Assembly: GCA_010909165.1 (NCBI GenBank)
Contig: MU008208.1
Coordinates: 153,545 to 217,544, forward strand
From: Anthoceros angustus
Taxonomy: Eukaryota > Plantae > Anthocerotophyta
Length of the DNA: 64,000 bases
Direction of reading: 5' to 3'
A program made the translations under genes and the position numbers. The notes under the pieces are model-generated. The model worked only from the letters and a program-made list of their open reading frames with translations. It did not search any database and was not told where the DNA came from. Position 1 is the first letter of the stretch. Each line of letters opens with the position of its first letter. Positions 22,804 through 34,900 of this stretch are shown one piece after another.

Positions 22804-25464
22804 TGTGCCGATGGATTTGTGTTTTATAAGTGCAGTGCATCTTATATTTCTTTTGTATTTTTCTATATATAATTTTGCCCATTGGGCATTTCTAGTGTAT
22901 GTTCATTGCAATTGCTCAAGGAGCAATTCAATGAATGCACGCTAGAATGGCTACCTAATGCAGCAAGAATTTGTATAGATTTTTAAAGAAAAACAACACA
23001 AAATTTCTTGATGTTTCTTTAAAAGTTCCTTTTCAAGAACATGTTATTATTCAAAACAATAATAAAACACATCTTTCGCACATCTTCTAATGCAGAAAAT
23101 TTGTGTGCATACTAGATGCATCTCCATCTATCCGCTCGATACCATGAAGATTTTATGTGAATTGAATTAATAAAACACAATTACATTATTGATTGAATTG
23201 AAAGATCAAATAAAAGAGTAACTTGCTTATGCTTAAAACAACCTAATTAAGATACCAAGTGTTACGTACTGTAAGAGTCACAACCCTACCGAAGGGTACT
23301 AGGTGACTAGACCTAGTTTACACATCGATAGGTTAACTAAACTAAGGTAACTAACCCTAGCATGAGTCAACACATAAACAATAATTATTCCTTCATCCCT
23401 CGGCTTCCACATGGCAGGAATGACGGCCACTTCTCCTCCGAGGTGCTTTCTTCCTCTCTATCCTTTCCCGAGGTTCGCCCTTCCTCTCAGTGGGCATTGT
23501 CCGTGGGCCTCACTCCGGCGTGAACTCCTTGACCGGCGCCTTGTTCCTCCTAGTCTTCAAGCCCCGAAGGCGCGCTCCATCTCCGCTCGAAGTCTTGGAT
23601 TCTCTGTTGAGAACCCCCTGCTGCTCCGATTCGTCTTGGAGTTGCAGCTCCAAGGTATCCTTGCTATCCTCCAGCTCCTGCAGCCCTTCTACCTCCCTGC
23701 ACCCACGAGGTCCCCTATTTCGGGGTCTTGACCTCCAGCTCCTCCTCACGGCTCGGCCGTACTTGCTCACCACTTTGCTCGGCCTTGAGTTGGCAGCAGC
23801 TACCCAGCCTCTCCCTCCACCGGTTCGATCACGTCGATAGTGATCGGTCGACCTTCGCCCGGCGGCTTCCGCGTCTGTTGCGCCGGTGAGCCTCGTGCGA
23901 TGTTGGGCGGTGGGCCGCCTCGGCCGGTCGCGAGCCCTCTCCGCCTCTGCTGCGCCTCCCTCCTTTGCGGAGATCTTCTCGGCCCGTGCTTGGGCCTCCT
24001 TGCCTTGTTGCTCACCCGGTGAAGAAACTTAGTCCGGTCTCTGGACCGGACTTCCCCGCTCGGCTTCCCCTCCTCGATGCGGCCGGGGCTTCCGCCTTCT
24101 TCCTCGCCTCTGGGCGCCTCCATGCTCCACGGAGGGCACCATGCCTCCTTGGCCTCCACCTCCACAGGTCTTCTCGGCCATCCGCGGACCCCAGCATCGT
24201 CCATGATGATGGCAGGACCGTGTCTCTTCCACAGGCGCCACAGTGAGGCCCCCAAGAGGTGTGGGCATCTCTCCGCCAGGACCTCCATACCTTGATCCGG
24301 AGGAGTCGGGCTGGGCTCTCGGACCTAATCGGGACCCTTAGGTCCACAGTCTGGTCCGGAGCCTCACCTTCTTTAGCCCTCTTGCGCCCAATTCCTTGTT
24401 CGCCCTCTTTCTCCACAGGGCTCGGAGGGTGAGGGGTTGAGGCTGACCCTCTTGCCTCTCCCGGTCGGGCAGGACGCTCGGGCTGCCGGTGGCCTCCGCT
24501 CCTTGGGCGGCGTCCTTTCGCCCTTCTCACGCCTCCTCGACTTCTTGCCACTCGTTGGCGGGGCAGGCGCCGTCGGGGTCTTTCGTTGGCGGTGGCGTGT
24601 CTTCTCTTGTCCCGCAGTCGTCGGGCTGCCGCTCGTGGTGGTGGTCTTGGGCCGACTCTCCGCCCCGGCCTCTCTCCTGGGGTTGCTCGGTGGGGCACCG
24701 GGAGGAGGAAGCGGGGATGTCCTCCCACACTTCCCTTGGTGGCGAGGGAGTCCGCTCAAGCGTATGGAGTGGATTCCCTCGATCGTCTTCCTCCGCTCTC
24801 TTGCTCGGGACGAGCTTCCACCTCTGCGCTCTTCCTTACGCCTCGGTAGGCGGCCCGGCCTTCCGAGTCGCGTTCCTCTTCTCCTTCCTTGGGGAGGTTG
24901 CGTGCCCCACATGAATTAGAGCAGCGATAGCGGCGGAGGCTTCTCACCTCGGCTTGAGCCTCACGATTGATCTGGCGAAGATGATCCTTCCCGATCGCCC
25001 TCCTTCCTCTGCGGCGCATGCGGAACGGTGTCACCAGGTGATCTACCTTGGTGAGCATGTTCGATGGACAATGATCACGGCCTTTGCCCTCCTCTCCGGC
25101 CAAATCCGGCATCAACCCGTTGGTTGTTCGTTGCGTTCACAGCTTCGGGCGGCCTTTGCGCCTCTATCTTCCGGCCTTGAGAGGTTCGGGACTCGCCCCA
25201 ATTTCCTCCGGCGGTTGTACCGCCCTCGGACCTCCACGGTCCACCTCCTAGGGTCCTCGAAGGCTCTTAGGCGAACCTCCTTGTTGGCTGAGCATCTTGC
25301 GTACTCGGACTAGGCGGCAGCCGAAGGTCCTCTGACTGGAAAAGCGTCCAGTGCCACTCCTTGACCCCGCCTCCTCCAACGGCCCGAAGTCCGGGATGGC
25401 GCTGGTAGCGATGTTGCGCTCCACCAAGCTCCATGGCTCCCACCTCCGCCGCTTTCTTGGGTCC

Positions 25465-28410
25465 TGCTATCTGGGATGCCCTGTTGATGTTCTATGGCTT
25501 TCCCCCGCGAGTGCATCCATGTGAAATGTGAAAGAGATGGTGTGGCAAAATGCAAGTGGACAACAAAGTTGCAACTGACATCGCACGCTTGCAAGACGAG
25601 AATGTCCACTGCCGGGCTGTTGACCTAGCCTTGCATGCCTGAGCCCGCTTAGAGGCATCGTTAGGGCATTGGAGTCCAACATCGAGAGGAGGAGGAGCGT
25701 GCATGGAAGCGTAATGGTTAGTGCCAAGTCGTTAGGTGTCTACATCTTGCCGAGGTTCTCGTGCATTGCTCATTATGCTTACCCCGACGCTGGCCGGTAC
25801 GTACTATGTGGAATTGGTGCGAATCGCACTTGAAAACGAGAAGAATCGAGAAATCAGACTCCAACACGTGAACCACCTTCCACTTCATCAAACATGTCCA
25901 CTGTGTGCCCAGTAGCCCTCTTTCATGGGTTGCTCACCGTCAAAACTGCATGCACCTTCCAGCTTCACCACATTTTGCATACACCACGGCGCCAACATCG
26001 CTCGCCAGCAACATCATCGAACATGGTCATGATCCATCGTGGGCCAAGCTGACTATGTTAGTTTTTGCTTTGAGGCAAAAGAGTAACATGGTCACTTCAT
26101 CACATATAGATTACATGTGCACCAGTGTCGCCACATGATGCATGCACTCAAAGATCCAAATGGTGATGCATCGTGAAAACATTTGGAAGCATATGTGCCA
26201 GTAATGAAGCTCTCCTAAAAACATAGCATGAGTACAAGGAAACGGCAGAGGAGGAGGTGGCCACGATCAAGACTCTACAACACCCTTAGGCAAGAGACAT
26301 GCACCACCATCTATGAGTGCAATTGCTCCTTCCACAATTTTGTGAGTGCAGCACGTGCCCTTTTGCATCTTCCAGCTCACCATATTTCGCAGACCCTCTT
26401 TCATGGGTCGCTCAATCACAAAAACTTGGTGCATTTTCCGTTCACCAAATTTTGCATACATGTCCACCTGTGTAGGTGCCCACCACTACATTCTCTGTGC
26501 CGAGCCCTTGCACCCATAAGGGCATTCCATGTCACCACATCCCGACAAAGCAAGCAAGACTACAAAATGAGGTCGTGGAATCACCACTAGTTGTCCATCA
26601 TAGTGAAGACTAAACCAAGAGGTTCTTTGAAATCAAGACAGTCATCCCCACTTGCCAATTAACGATCAGCATCCAATGATGGATGTAACCAAGAGACAGA
26701 ACAGAGATTCTTGAACCGAAGAATGCTTATCCCCACTCGCCAAGACCACATCCATGGTGCTCCCATTCCACCTCCATAAGATGATCTAGCCGACGTAGGG
26801 GATGTTCCTCCATCAAGACAAAGCATTCAATTGGGCTTTGCACGGACCGTGTTTTACAACACGTCCGCAAAGCCCAATTGTACGTTGTAAAATGTTTGAG
26901 ACGGGATCGCCTCTCTCATGTTTTACAACATACGACAACCTAATCTAATTTACAACACGATCAATTGCAAACCGCACCTGTACATTGTAAAATGTTTAAG
27001 AGAGGCCAAGATAGGCCTCCCACGAATTTTACAACATAGTCTAATTTACAACACAGCCCGTTGCAAAGCGCACTTGTATGTTGTAAAATGTATGACAAGG
27101 CCGGGATCATGCCTCTGCACGTTTTACACCAAATTCACAACGTAGTCTCATACACAAGGTCCATTGCAAAGCGATCTTGCACGTTGTATACGCCTCAGTC
27201 GGGTTTCCAGTGCCATTGACAAATTCACATTGTAAGCGTAGTGCCATTGACAAATGTGAGCCACCGCGGCAGAGAGACACAAGCCACGGTTCCTGTCACC
27301 CACTTGCTTTCGTGCTCTCACATAAATCATAGCAAGAGTTAGGAACGGCACAGAAGTGAGCCGCAACCAAGACTCCACAACACCCTCGTGCAAGAGAGAT
27401 GCACCACCTTCAAGCAAGAGACATGCACCACCTTCGTGCAAGAGACATGCCCTCTTCATGTGTCATTTAGTCAAACAACTTCCACCAAAATTGTTGACAT
27501 CAACGTAACGTGATTTCTTGATGAGAAGCCATATGAACTAGCATCCATGAATACACTAAGGAGTACCACGTGAACCACCTTCCACTTGAATCGATGAATG
27601 GCCCATGAAAGAGGACTGGGCACCCGTGGACATGCACCTTCCAGCTCACCACATTTGCACCACGAAGTGCCAACATCGCATTCGCCAGTCCATCGAACAT
27701 GGTCATGATCCACCGTGGCCAAGTCGACTATGTTAGTTTTTGCTTTGAGGCAAGAGCCCATCATAGCACTATGATGGAGAACCCGAGAGAGAACTAGTAG
27801 ATTCTTGAACTCAAGAATAGTTATCCCCCACTCGCCAAGACCACATCCATGGTGCTCCCATTCCACCTCCATCGATGATCCACCGAGGCTGCTCTACAGC
27901 TCTCCAGAGTCGTGTACATGTCCACTGACGCTTGGCAATACAAGTTCGGTGGAATGTCATGCAACATATCATGCTGTACTTTTCTGCTAGATTCCAGGTC
28001 CACAGCAAATGCACAAGCTTGAAGGGCTGCTACAAAGATGTGGGCATCCGCCTTCACACCAGAGGAACACATCGCATAGTAAAGTTGTATCGCCTCATTA
28101 GGCTCCATATGTAGCATGTGCGGAGATTATTGAAAACAACATGAAGGGATTTGGTTTTGCCCACCCTCCGTAGCCTACCTCGGATACATACATTTGCAAG
28201 ATATGGTTCCCCATGTATGTGATTGATTGACTCCAAGTTTGACAGTGAGATCATGAACGCGTCATCCCACAACCATGTCCTTCTTATCTGCACAAAGTTT
28301 TAGCACGACATATAAGATGGACTGAGGAATAGAATAATCTACCTACGCCAGATTTTACAGAGCTCCAACAGCCTCAGTAAGCTTTCCCTACTCACATAAC
28401 GTGCTGATGG
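25465..28410 (-). pseudogene. Degenerate PLS-class PPR gene, copy 2
   Basis: ORF 27821-28117: EPNEAIQLYYAMCSSGVKADAHIFVAALQACAFAVDLESSRKVQHDML..VDMY, a classic P/L motif pair. Confidence 0.8.
26828..27200. repeat. Hairpin and dyad repeat array, copy 2
   Basis: 53-bp stem-loop CAATTGGGCTTTGC..GGACCGTGTT TTAC AACACG.TCC GCAAAGCCCAATTG at 26828-26880, followed by TTTACAAC/GTTGTAAAA units. Confidence 0.75.
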
Positions 28411-28412
28411 TT

Positions 28413-29060
28413 ACAGGTGTCTGGAACGCTGTAGGGAGACTCAACTGTGCCTGCACCCGGAGAAATGCTACTTTGGAATGACGGAGGGAATCTTGCTAGG
28501 GCATCGGGTATCAGCAAGGGGGATAGAGGTAAACCAAGACAAGGTTCGGGTCATCCAGTCCCTGCAGCCACCCACGAATCTGAAGGAGTTGCGAGGGTTC
28601 TTGGGCATGGTGGGTTACTATCGACGGTTCATTAAGGACTTCGCAAAGCAAGCGGCCAAGCTAACGGAGTTACTACGGGAGGAGGAGGAATGGAATTGGA
28701 CCCCGAAACGGGAGTTGGCGTTCAGGGATTTGCAGAACACCTTGGTAAGTGCTCCGGTACTGAAGGGCCCGGACTGGGGAAGGCGGTTTCTCGTGTATGT
28801 GGATGTGTCGGCGTTCGCCATCGGAGTTGTGCTCAGCCAAAAGGACGATCAACGGAGGGATCATCCGATCTACTACGCAGGGCGGCAACTCACCCACGCG
28901 GAATGAAGATACACAACCACAAAATGGGAGGCGCTGGGAATGGTGTACGCTGTCAAGAAGTTTCGGCACTATCTCCTACCCAATGAATTTGTGTTCTATG
29001 TGGATCATTCGCATCATCCGTGAACAAGACTTTGGGGCGGATAGCGAGGTGGTTCTTGGA
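28413..29060 (+). mobile_element. pol: Ty3/gypsy RT-RNase H fragment, copy 2
   Basis: ORF 28478-28906 MTEGILLGHRVSARGIEVNQDKV..GFLGMVGYYRRFIKDFAK..YVDVSAFAIGVVLSQ. Confidence 0.92.
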
Positions 29061-30750
29061 CTTCTGGGGGTCCATTCCCACTCACCGACCTCCCTCTCGG
29101 GTCCCGCTGGTCCTCTCCTCTCCACCCCTTCGGGGCCCTCGTCCCTTCCTCCCGGGGTTTGCTTACCTCATGCCTCGTTCCGCTCCTCCCTCTCCGGGCT
29201 CCTCCCACCATCGCCCCGTCAACAACGCCACCACAAGGCTGCTATCCGAGGCCCTTCTTCTCGCCTCCCCCACCTTCTCGATCCTCGGAGGTCCGTCAAT
29301 TGGTAGCGGTTGACGCAGGGCCTCCAAAGCCTTGAGGAGTTCGGCGTGGTAGTAGGCAAAGTCGAGTCGACTTGTTGGATTGCCTCTTCCACATGCGCCC
29401 GAGCACTGATACTCTCGCCAGAGTCTGAGTCCGCTTGTTGGCTGCTTCCACCGCCGCCAACCTGCGCGCAATCTCTGAGGCCACCAAGGAAGTCTCCGCC
29501 ACTTCTTGCAGAGCTGCTCCGCTTGCTCCAGCTCCCTTCGTTTCTGCACCTCACCACGCCATGGCGCGGCGCTCTCCGCCTTCCTCAACTGGACCAGCTT
29601 CTTTCGGCGTGGCCCCCGCCCTCCATTCATCCTGGCCTGAAGCTCCGCCATCTCCCTTCCCAAGCGGTCCGGCAACTCTGCCCGATTCCTTGCTTCATCC
29701 AGGTCCTTCTCCATTTCTGACGCCTGCCTCCTTGTTCCATCGCCTCACCTCCTCCGCCCAACAGCCGGAGTCGCTATCTCCTGGCCATCGGATCGCCGAT
29801 CACGCCTCAAGAGCCCTGCTCAATTGTGTCTGGAGTCAGAGCTCCAAGGAGGTCCTCCATCTCCTGCCGCCGTTCCTCCGCTCCACGCATCGAGCAGATC
29901 CTCCATCTCCGCTTGGCCTCCTTCTCTCCTCTGCAGACGACGGGTCCGGTACTCGCTCCGCCACCGCCTTCGTGTTAGCCGTCGTCTCGTCTCCCTCCAC
30001 GGTTTGATCTGCCACGATCCCTTGTTTTTAGCTCTTCCGCCCCGCCTTCACGAGCCTCGGGCTTGGTGTTGCTCTGAGCCGCCTCGGCCGTCTCGAGCCC
30101 GCTCCACTGCCTTCGGGCTCCAACTCTCCTGCCGCCTCGCGCCGGCAGAGGTCCTTGGCTTGGGCCTCGCTTGCTTCAACTGCTCACATAGTCAAGGACC
30201 TTGGTCGGCCTGCCGGTGCCTAGACCTCCTCTCCGCTTCCCGGCGCTTTCCCTCCTCGATCCGGGCGAGGGACTGCCTTCTTTTTGGCCGCTTGGGCTGC
30301 CTCCACCTTCTCTTGGAGTAGCACCATCCGCCTTCTGGTGGCTTCCACTTCCTGGGTCTTTTCTGCCGTCCCACAAAGACCCCAAAGCATACCGTCCATG
30401 ACGGTAGCCAAAACCCGCCGTGTTTCCTCCACGGCCACCGCTGGAGACACCCAGGAAGTCCGTTGTGGGTGCGGGTATCTCCCGGTCCGTTAAGGACCGC
30501 CAGACTGCGGTCCGGAGGGAGTCCGGACTTGGTTCTCCGGACCTGATCAGGACCCTCAGGTCCTGAGTGCCCTGGTCGGGTCCTTCCACCTCCTTGGCCC
30601 GTTTGGCCGCTAACTCCTTCTCCGCCCGCCTTGCTGCGCCGGAGGTGGTGAGGGGTCTGAGCGGCGTTTGCCCTCTCGGAGGCAGGGATCGGCTGGTGTG
30701 GTTGCTGCTAGTGACCCCCTGCGCCTTGGGCGGCGTCCCGCTCTGCCCTT
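29061..30750 (-). pseudogene. Extra-ORF relic, copy 2 (single unit)
   Basis: Homologous to 4386-7140 without the 1.07-kb duplication. Confidence 0.65.
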
Positions 30751-31983
30751 CTTACGGCTTCCTCCCCCTACTAGAAAGGGCAGCCTATATTACACTTTTT
30801 GTTAAGATTTGAACCCCCCCTTGTTGCAATTATGTTGAAATCTTGGGGTCTTGTTGCACTTATTTGGCCCATTGTTACACTCAGGGTTGGTAACCAACCC
30901 TCCATCTTGTTACAGTCGTGTCACAGTCTTGTTGCAATTTTGTTGCAGTGTAGTGAGAGGTGGTATCTGCCCCTTTCAAAATTTCAACATGTTTGCAACT
31001 ACCAAAGTGTTACATCCTCTTTTGTTACAGTTTTGCAGGCTTGGCACCGATCCTCCTCCCCATGTTGGTTTGCCATTATTGCTTATATTCATGTGCTTTT
31101 CCCATTCATGTACCGACTATACGATAATATGCCTTGGCTTGCGCACGTATATTCCGATGTCATTATTGAAATCCATATCGCTGCCCTTTCAAAAAAGTAT
31201 ACGCATGTGGTTTCCGTTTGTGCACTGTTTTGCAACACGCAAGGTGCGCATTAAACGCGCGTTTGTTTCCCTATTCGCGGTGCCTTTACGTCACTCGTAT
31301 TTCGTGCCCTTGTAGGCGTCCCCTGTATAACGTACTTGTTTTGGAAACCCTTACAGTTTACAAAAACAATAGAAGCCGTTGTATCGTGCACCCTAAAGAT
31401 AAGATGTCGGTTCTGCAGCCGCATCCAAATCCAAGATTGACCGTCCTCCCTTCGCACGCGGGATGAATGAACCGGCATCCACATCCGCGGAGTACCGTGC
31501 TCCCTCGTCGCGCGGGAGGAATGAACCGGCATCCACATCCGCGACCTACCGTGCTCCCTCCTCGCGGGAGGTGTGAATTTGGGGTTGTGGTGGGCATTTA
31601 CATTGCCCGCCTGCTCGTTTCAAAGCCTACTCCTCGTCGTATGCAGAAATTGGACGTCCACCTCCCACACGGCTAGCGATTTTGCCCTTCCCTTCCTCAA
31701 CCGTCTGCCGCCTTTTTCCTTCCGTGCCGCACTGTGATTCCACTGCTTTCGGGATTGCAAGAAAGATGACCACCGCCATTCCATGGCCCTTGGCTGTAAG
31801 TATATCTGACTGGCCAGCAGCACTTGCACAGCTTACCTTCGCGGCCTTCTCTTTGTTTTGTTGCCGGCCACTTGCTGCCTCCAGTTGAGTGCTAGTCACC
31901 GTCCCTTGGGCAGCCACAGCCCTCGATCGTGTTACTCTTCCTTCCCCATCCGCCTTGCCAGGCATTCCTCTTCCTTTCCTCTT

Positions 31984-34900
31984 AGTTAGAAATAGTGCAG
32001 ACCGCGTTGGTTAAGGTCGACTAGACCAGACCCAATGTGGATTAGTCAAACTAGACTCAGCTAGTTGGTAGTTAGTTAACTAGCAGGCTAGTGAAAGGAC
32101 ACACCCTCGTAACCATCCTTTATAAGCCCACCTATGAACTAAACATATTCATTGTTAATAAAGCATCTACTTGATGCAAGACGCTCGCATATGCATCTCT
32201 AACTTGGTATCGAGCCATGTGATATTTCAATGGCTTTGTTGCTTATTTTCTTCCTAATCAACTTAGGAAGATAAGCTAGCAACCTCATACCCAATTTTAG
32301 TTGATGAAAATGCATTTTGATATGCATTCCGATAGCGTACTATCATCCGCATCAAGCATCCGCTAGTTTTACGCCATGTAGAAACTCATGTTGCCCATCA
32401 TACCATTGCTAAGTGAAAATAATTAGCTTAGAACTTTCTAAGTAAAGTAATTATCATAGCTACTTTATTGATTATTTTCATTAGTTCAATTTCCATCAAA
32501 CCAAACCAATTTTTCTAAATTGATTGGTTATGGAATCTAGCCACCCTTCTAGTTCTTGTGATTCTATAAGGCCTAGTCATTGGGCCTTTTATAGGTTAAT
32601 TTTGCTTAAGAATAGCATCATTTTTGCTTACATTCTTCTAAGCCTACTTTTGCTTTTTGCTTTTAGCCTCTTAATCTTCAAGCACAAGAACTATGGGTCG
32701 CAAACATGGACGAAACTTGATGAGGCCGAGGCCGGAGGAAGTCTTTGAGGCTCGGAAGAGGCATGAGCAAGCACACCGTGACGAGCATCAAATCAATTCC
32801 AACACGTGGTTTTGGATTGGTTTCGCTCCCGGATGCATGCTCAACCTCGGATCCTCTGGCGGATGTACTCACAATTTTGCTGCAAGAGCGAGGAACGAGG
32901 CCTCTATCAACAAGATATCTCGATCTATCGTGCGATCTTTCACACTCGAGATCGACAAATTCTCGACATTCCAAAGAGGAGCCGACCCATCATGGTCAGA
33001 TTCGAGCGACTCCGACTTGCTCCGATGGTGTGGAGATCTGCCCTCTAGCGATCATGAGAATGGGCGCGCCTCCTCCTCGCCTCTCAATTCCGAATTGAGC
33101 CAATCCCAAGGATTTGTGCACGAGGACAACCAAAGATTTGGATTTCTCTGCATGCAGATCTAGGAGCGCGAGAGCAATCGGCGCCGGAGGGACGCCATCC
33201 TGTGGCGCCAGATCCCACCAGCGCGCCCGAGATCCGTCGAGCCGCGCCCGCCGATATCCGGGCGCGCCCGCCGCCTTCCTCCCACGGCGCGGAAGCCGCC
33301 ACGGCCGGTTCAAGCGGCTCGGCACGTGCCCCTGTGCCAACTTAAAATATTTTAAGTTGGCCGGTATGAAACGCCGGCCTGTATGAAACGGTGCCCCTAA
33401 AATAATTAATTTAGGGGCACCTGAACGGTGTGCCGTTAGACTCAACGGGTGCACCTTTTCCTCACTAGTTGCCTCCTCACTCACGGACGCACTGCTCGTC
33501 GACAAAGGATCCCCACGCCTCCCCAAGCTCAATTTCTCGGCCATTGCGGTGTTCAAGCACTTTGCTTTATGAAGTAACACCTGCAAGCTAACCTCGTGTC
33601 GAGCCTCCATACCACAATTGCTGCTTCCGGTGGTGATCCGAGCTTTCCTCCACGACGGAGACTACTTGCTGCGCCTGTGTGCCCACCACCACAAGTCTTT
33701 GTACAAGTCGATGCTCTTCCGTGTTTGACATCCGAGATCAAGCAGAGGAACTCACTCTGCTTTTCGAACTGGAGACATACAAGGAGTACAAACTTGGTGA
33801 GGCACAAGCAAGAGTTACAAAGACAGAGCAACGTACTCAAAGATCAAGCTCTCTCGCATTCAATCACACAAATCAACACCAATTTGGTTTCTCAAACGGT
33901 TCACGAATCGAATCCACTTTTGATTCGTGAATCACATTAACAGAACTTGATTTTGGGCCCTCTCGAGCCCGTGTTGTGAGTGTGGTGCTTATTGTGAGCA
34001 TCTCTATTTACATTTACAGCTTGGTTATTGATGCAATTCTTGGTTTTGCGTCATAACACAAAGTCGCACAATAATCACAAGTTTTCAAGATGGCTACCTC
34101 CTCCACCTACACCACCAACACCACCTTCTCCTCCTGCTCCAATCATTAATGTTATGAATGTGAGTACGGATTTTAAGGAGAAAGACCGCTTTGACGGCAC
34201 CAAGTTTGAAGTTTGGTCTAAGCGGATGAAGACGCTCTAAATACTGAGATCTTCTTGCCATCGTTGATGGCTCTCCCAAAACCACCGGACCTTCACCCGC
34301 CTCGACTCATGGACAAGGCAAGATGCAGCTATGCACATGCTTATTTCGGCCCAGACGAAGTCACTCCATCACACCGATGGTGCCCTCACCGCCAGGCTTG
34401 GAGGCGATCACGGATATTTACCAATCCACCAACGTAATGACATTGGTCACGGTTCGCAATGAATTTTATTCTTTAAGAATGCAGCCTTGTGTTGTTACTC
34501 ATGTGAGCAAGTTTCAGTATCTGCGTGCTCAACTTGTCGCTTTGGGGACTCCATTAGAGTTCAAGCTTCGGCATACTAGCTTGCCTCCCACCATTTTCAA
34601 TCTTTTGTCTCTTCACGAATGGCACTGCACGTGAAGCTCTGTCGTGCTAATAAGACACCTTCAATTTCTATCTCCGAGATAGCTGGTGCTCTTTACAAGA
34701 AGAGGCTTCTAGGTTCAATGTCGGCACCTCAAACATGGTGGTGATAGGGTGATGTTTGTCACCAAAGGTAGACAACAATTCAACAAGCGGAACCCAAATG
34801 CCATTCGCCTCCACTCCACTGGTACCACCTCCGGGCCTTCTCCATCCAATTCTTCCTCAACTCCTAGACGTAAGGGGACATGTAATTGGTGCAAAGCCCA

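Larger units (their letters stand above)
16928..23395 (-). mobile_element. Ty1/copia LTR retrotransposon B, copy 1 (full length)
   Basis: LTRs 16928-17184 (3') and 23145-23395 (5') with termini TGAAG...CTTCA; PBS at 23134-23144; PPT GTGGGAG at 17185-17191; copia domain order. Confidence 0.95.
691..25464. repeat. Large tandem duplication, unit 1 (ca. 24.8 kb)
   Basis: Colinear with ca. 25450-49128 across PPR, gypsy relic, copia A, Athila 3' part and copia B. Confidence 0.9.
15126..25464 (-). mobile_element. 3' part of the Athila-like gypsy element (3' LTR plus extra ORF), copy 1; interrupted by copia B and truncated at the duplication junction
   Basis: 15126-16915 plus 23396-25464 is colinear with 38643-40445 plus 47023-49128, and with 62133-64000. 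Confidence 0.85.
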
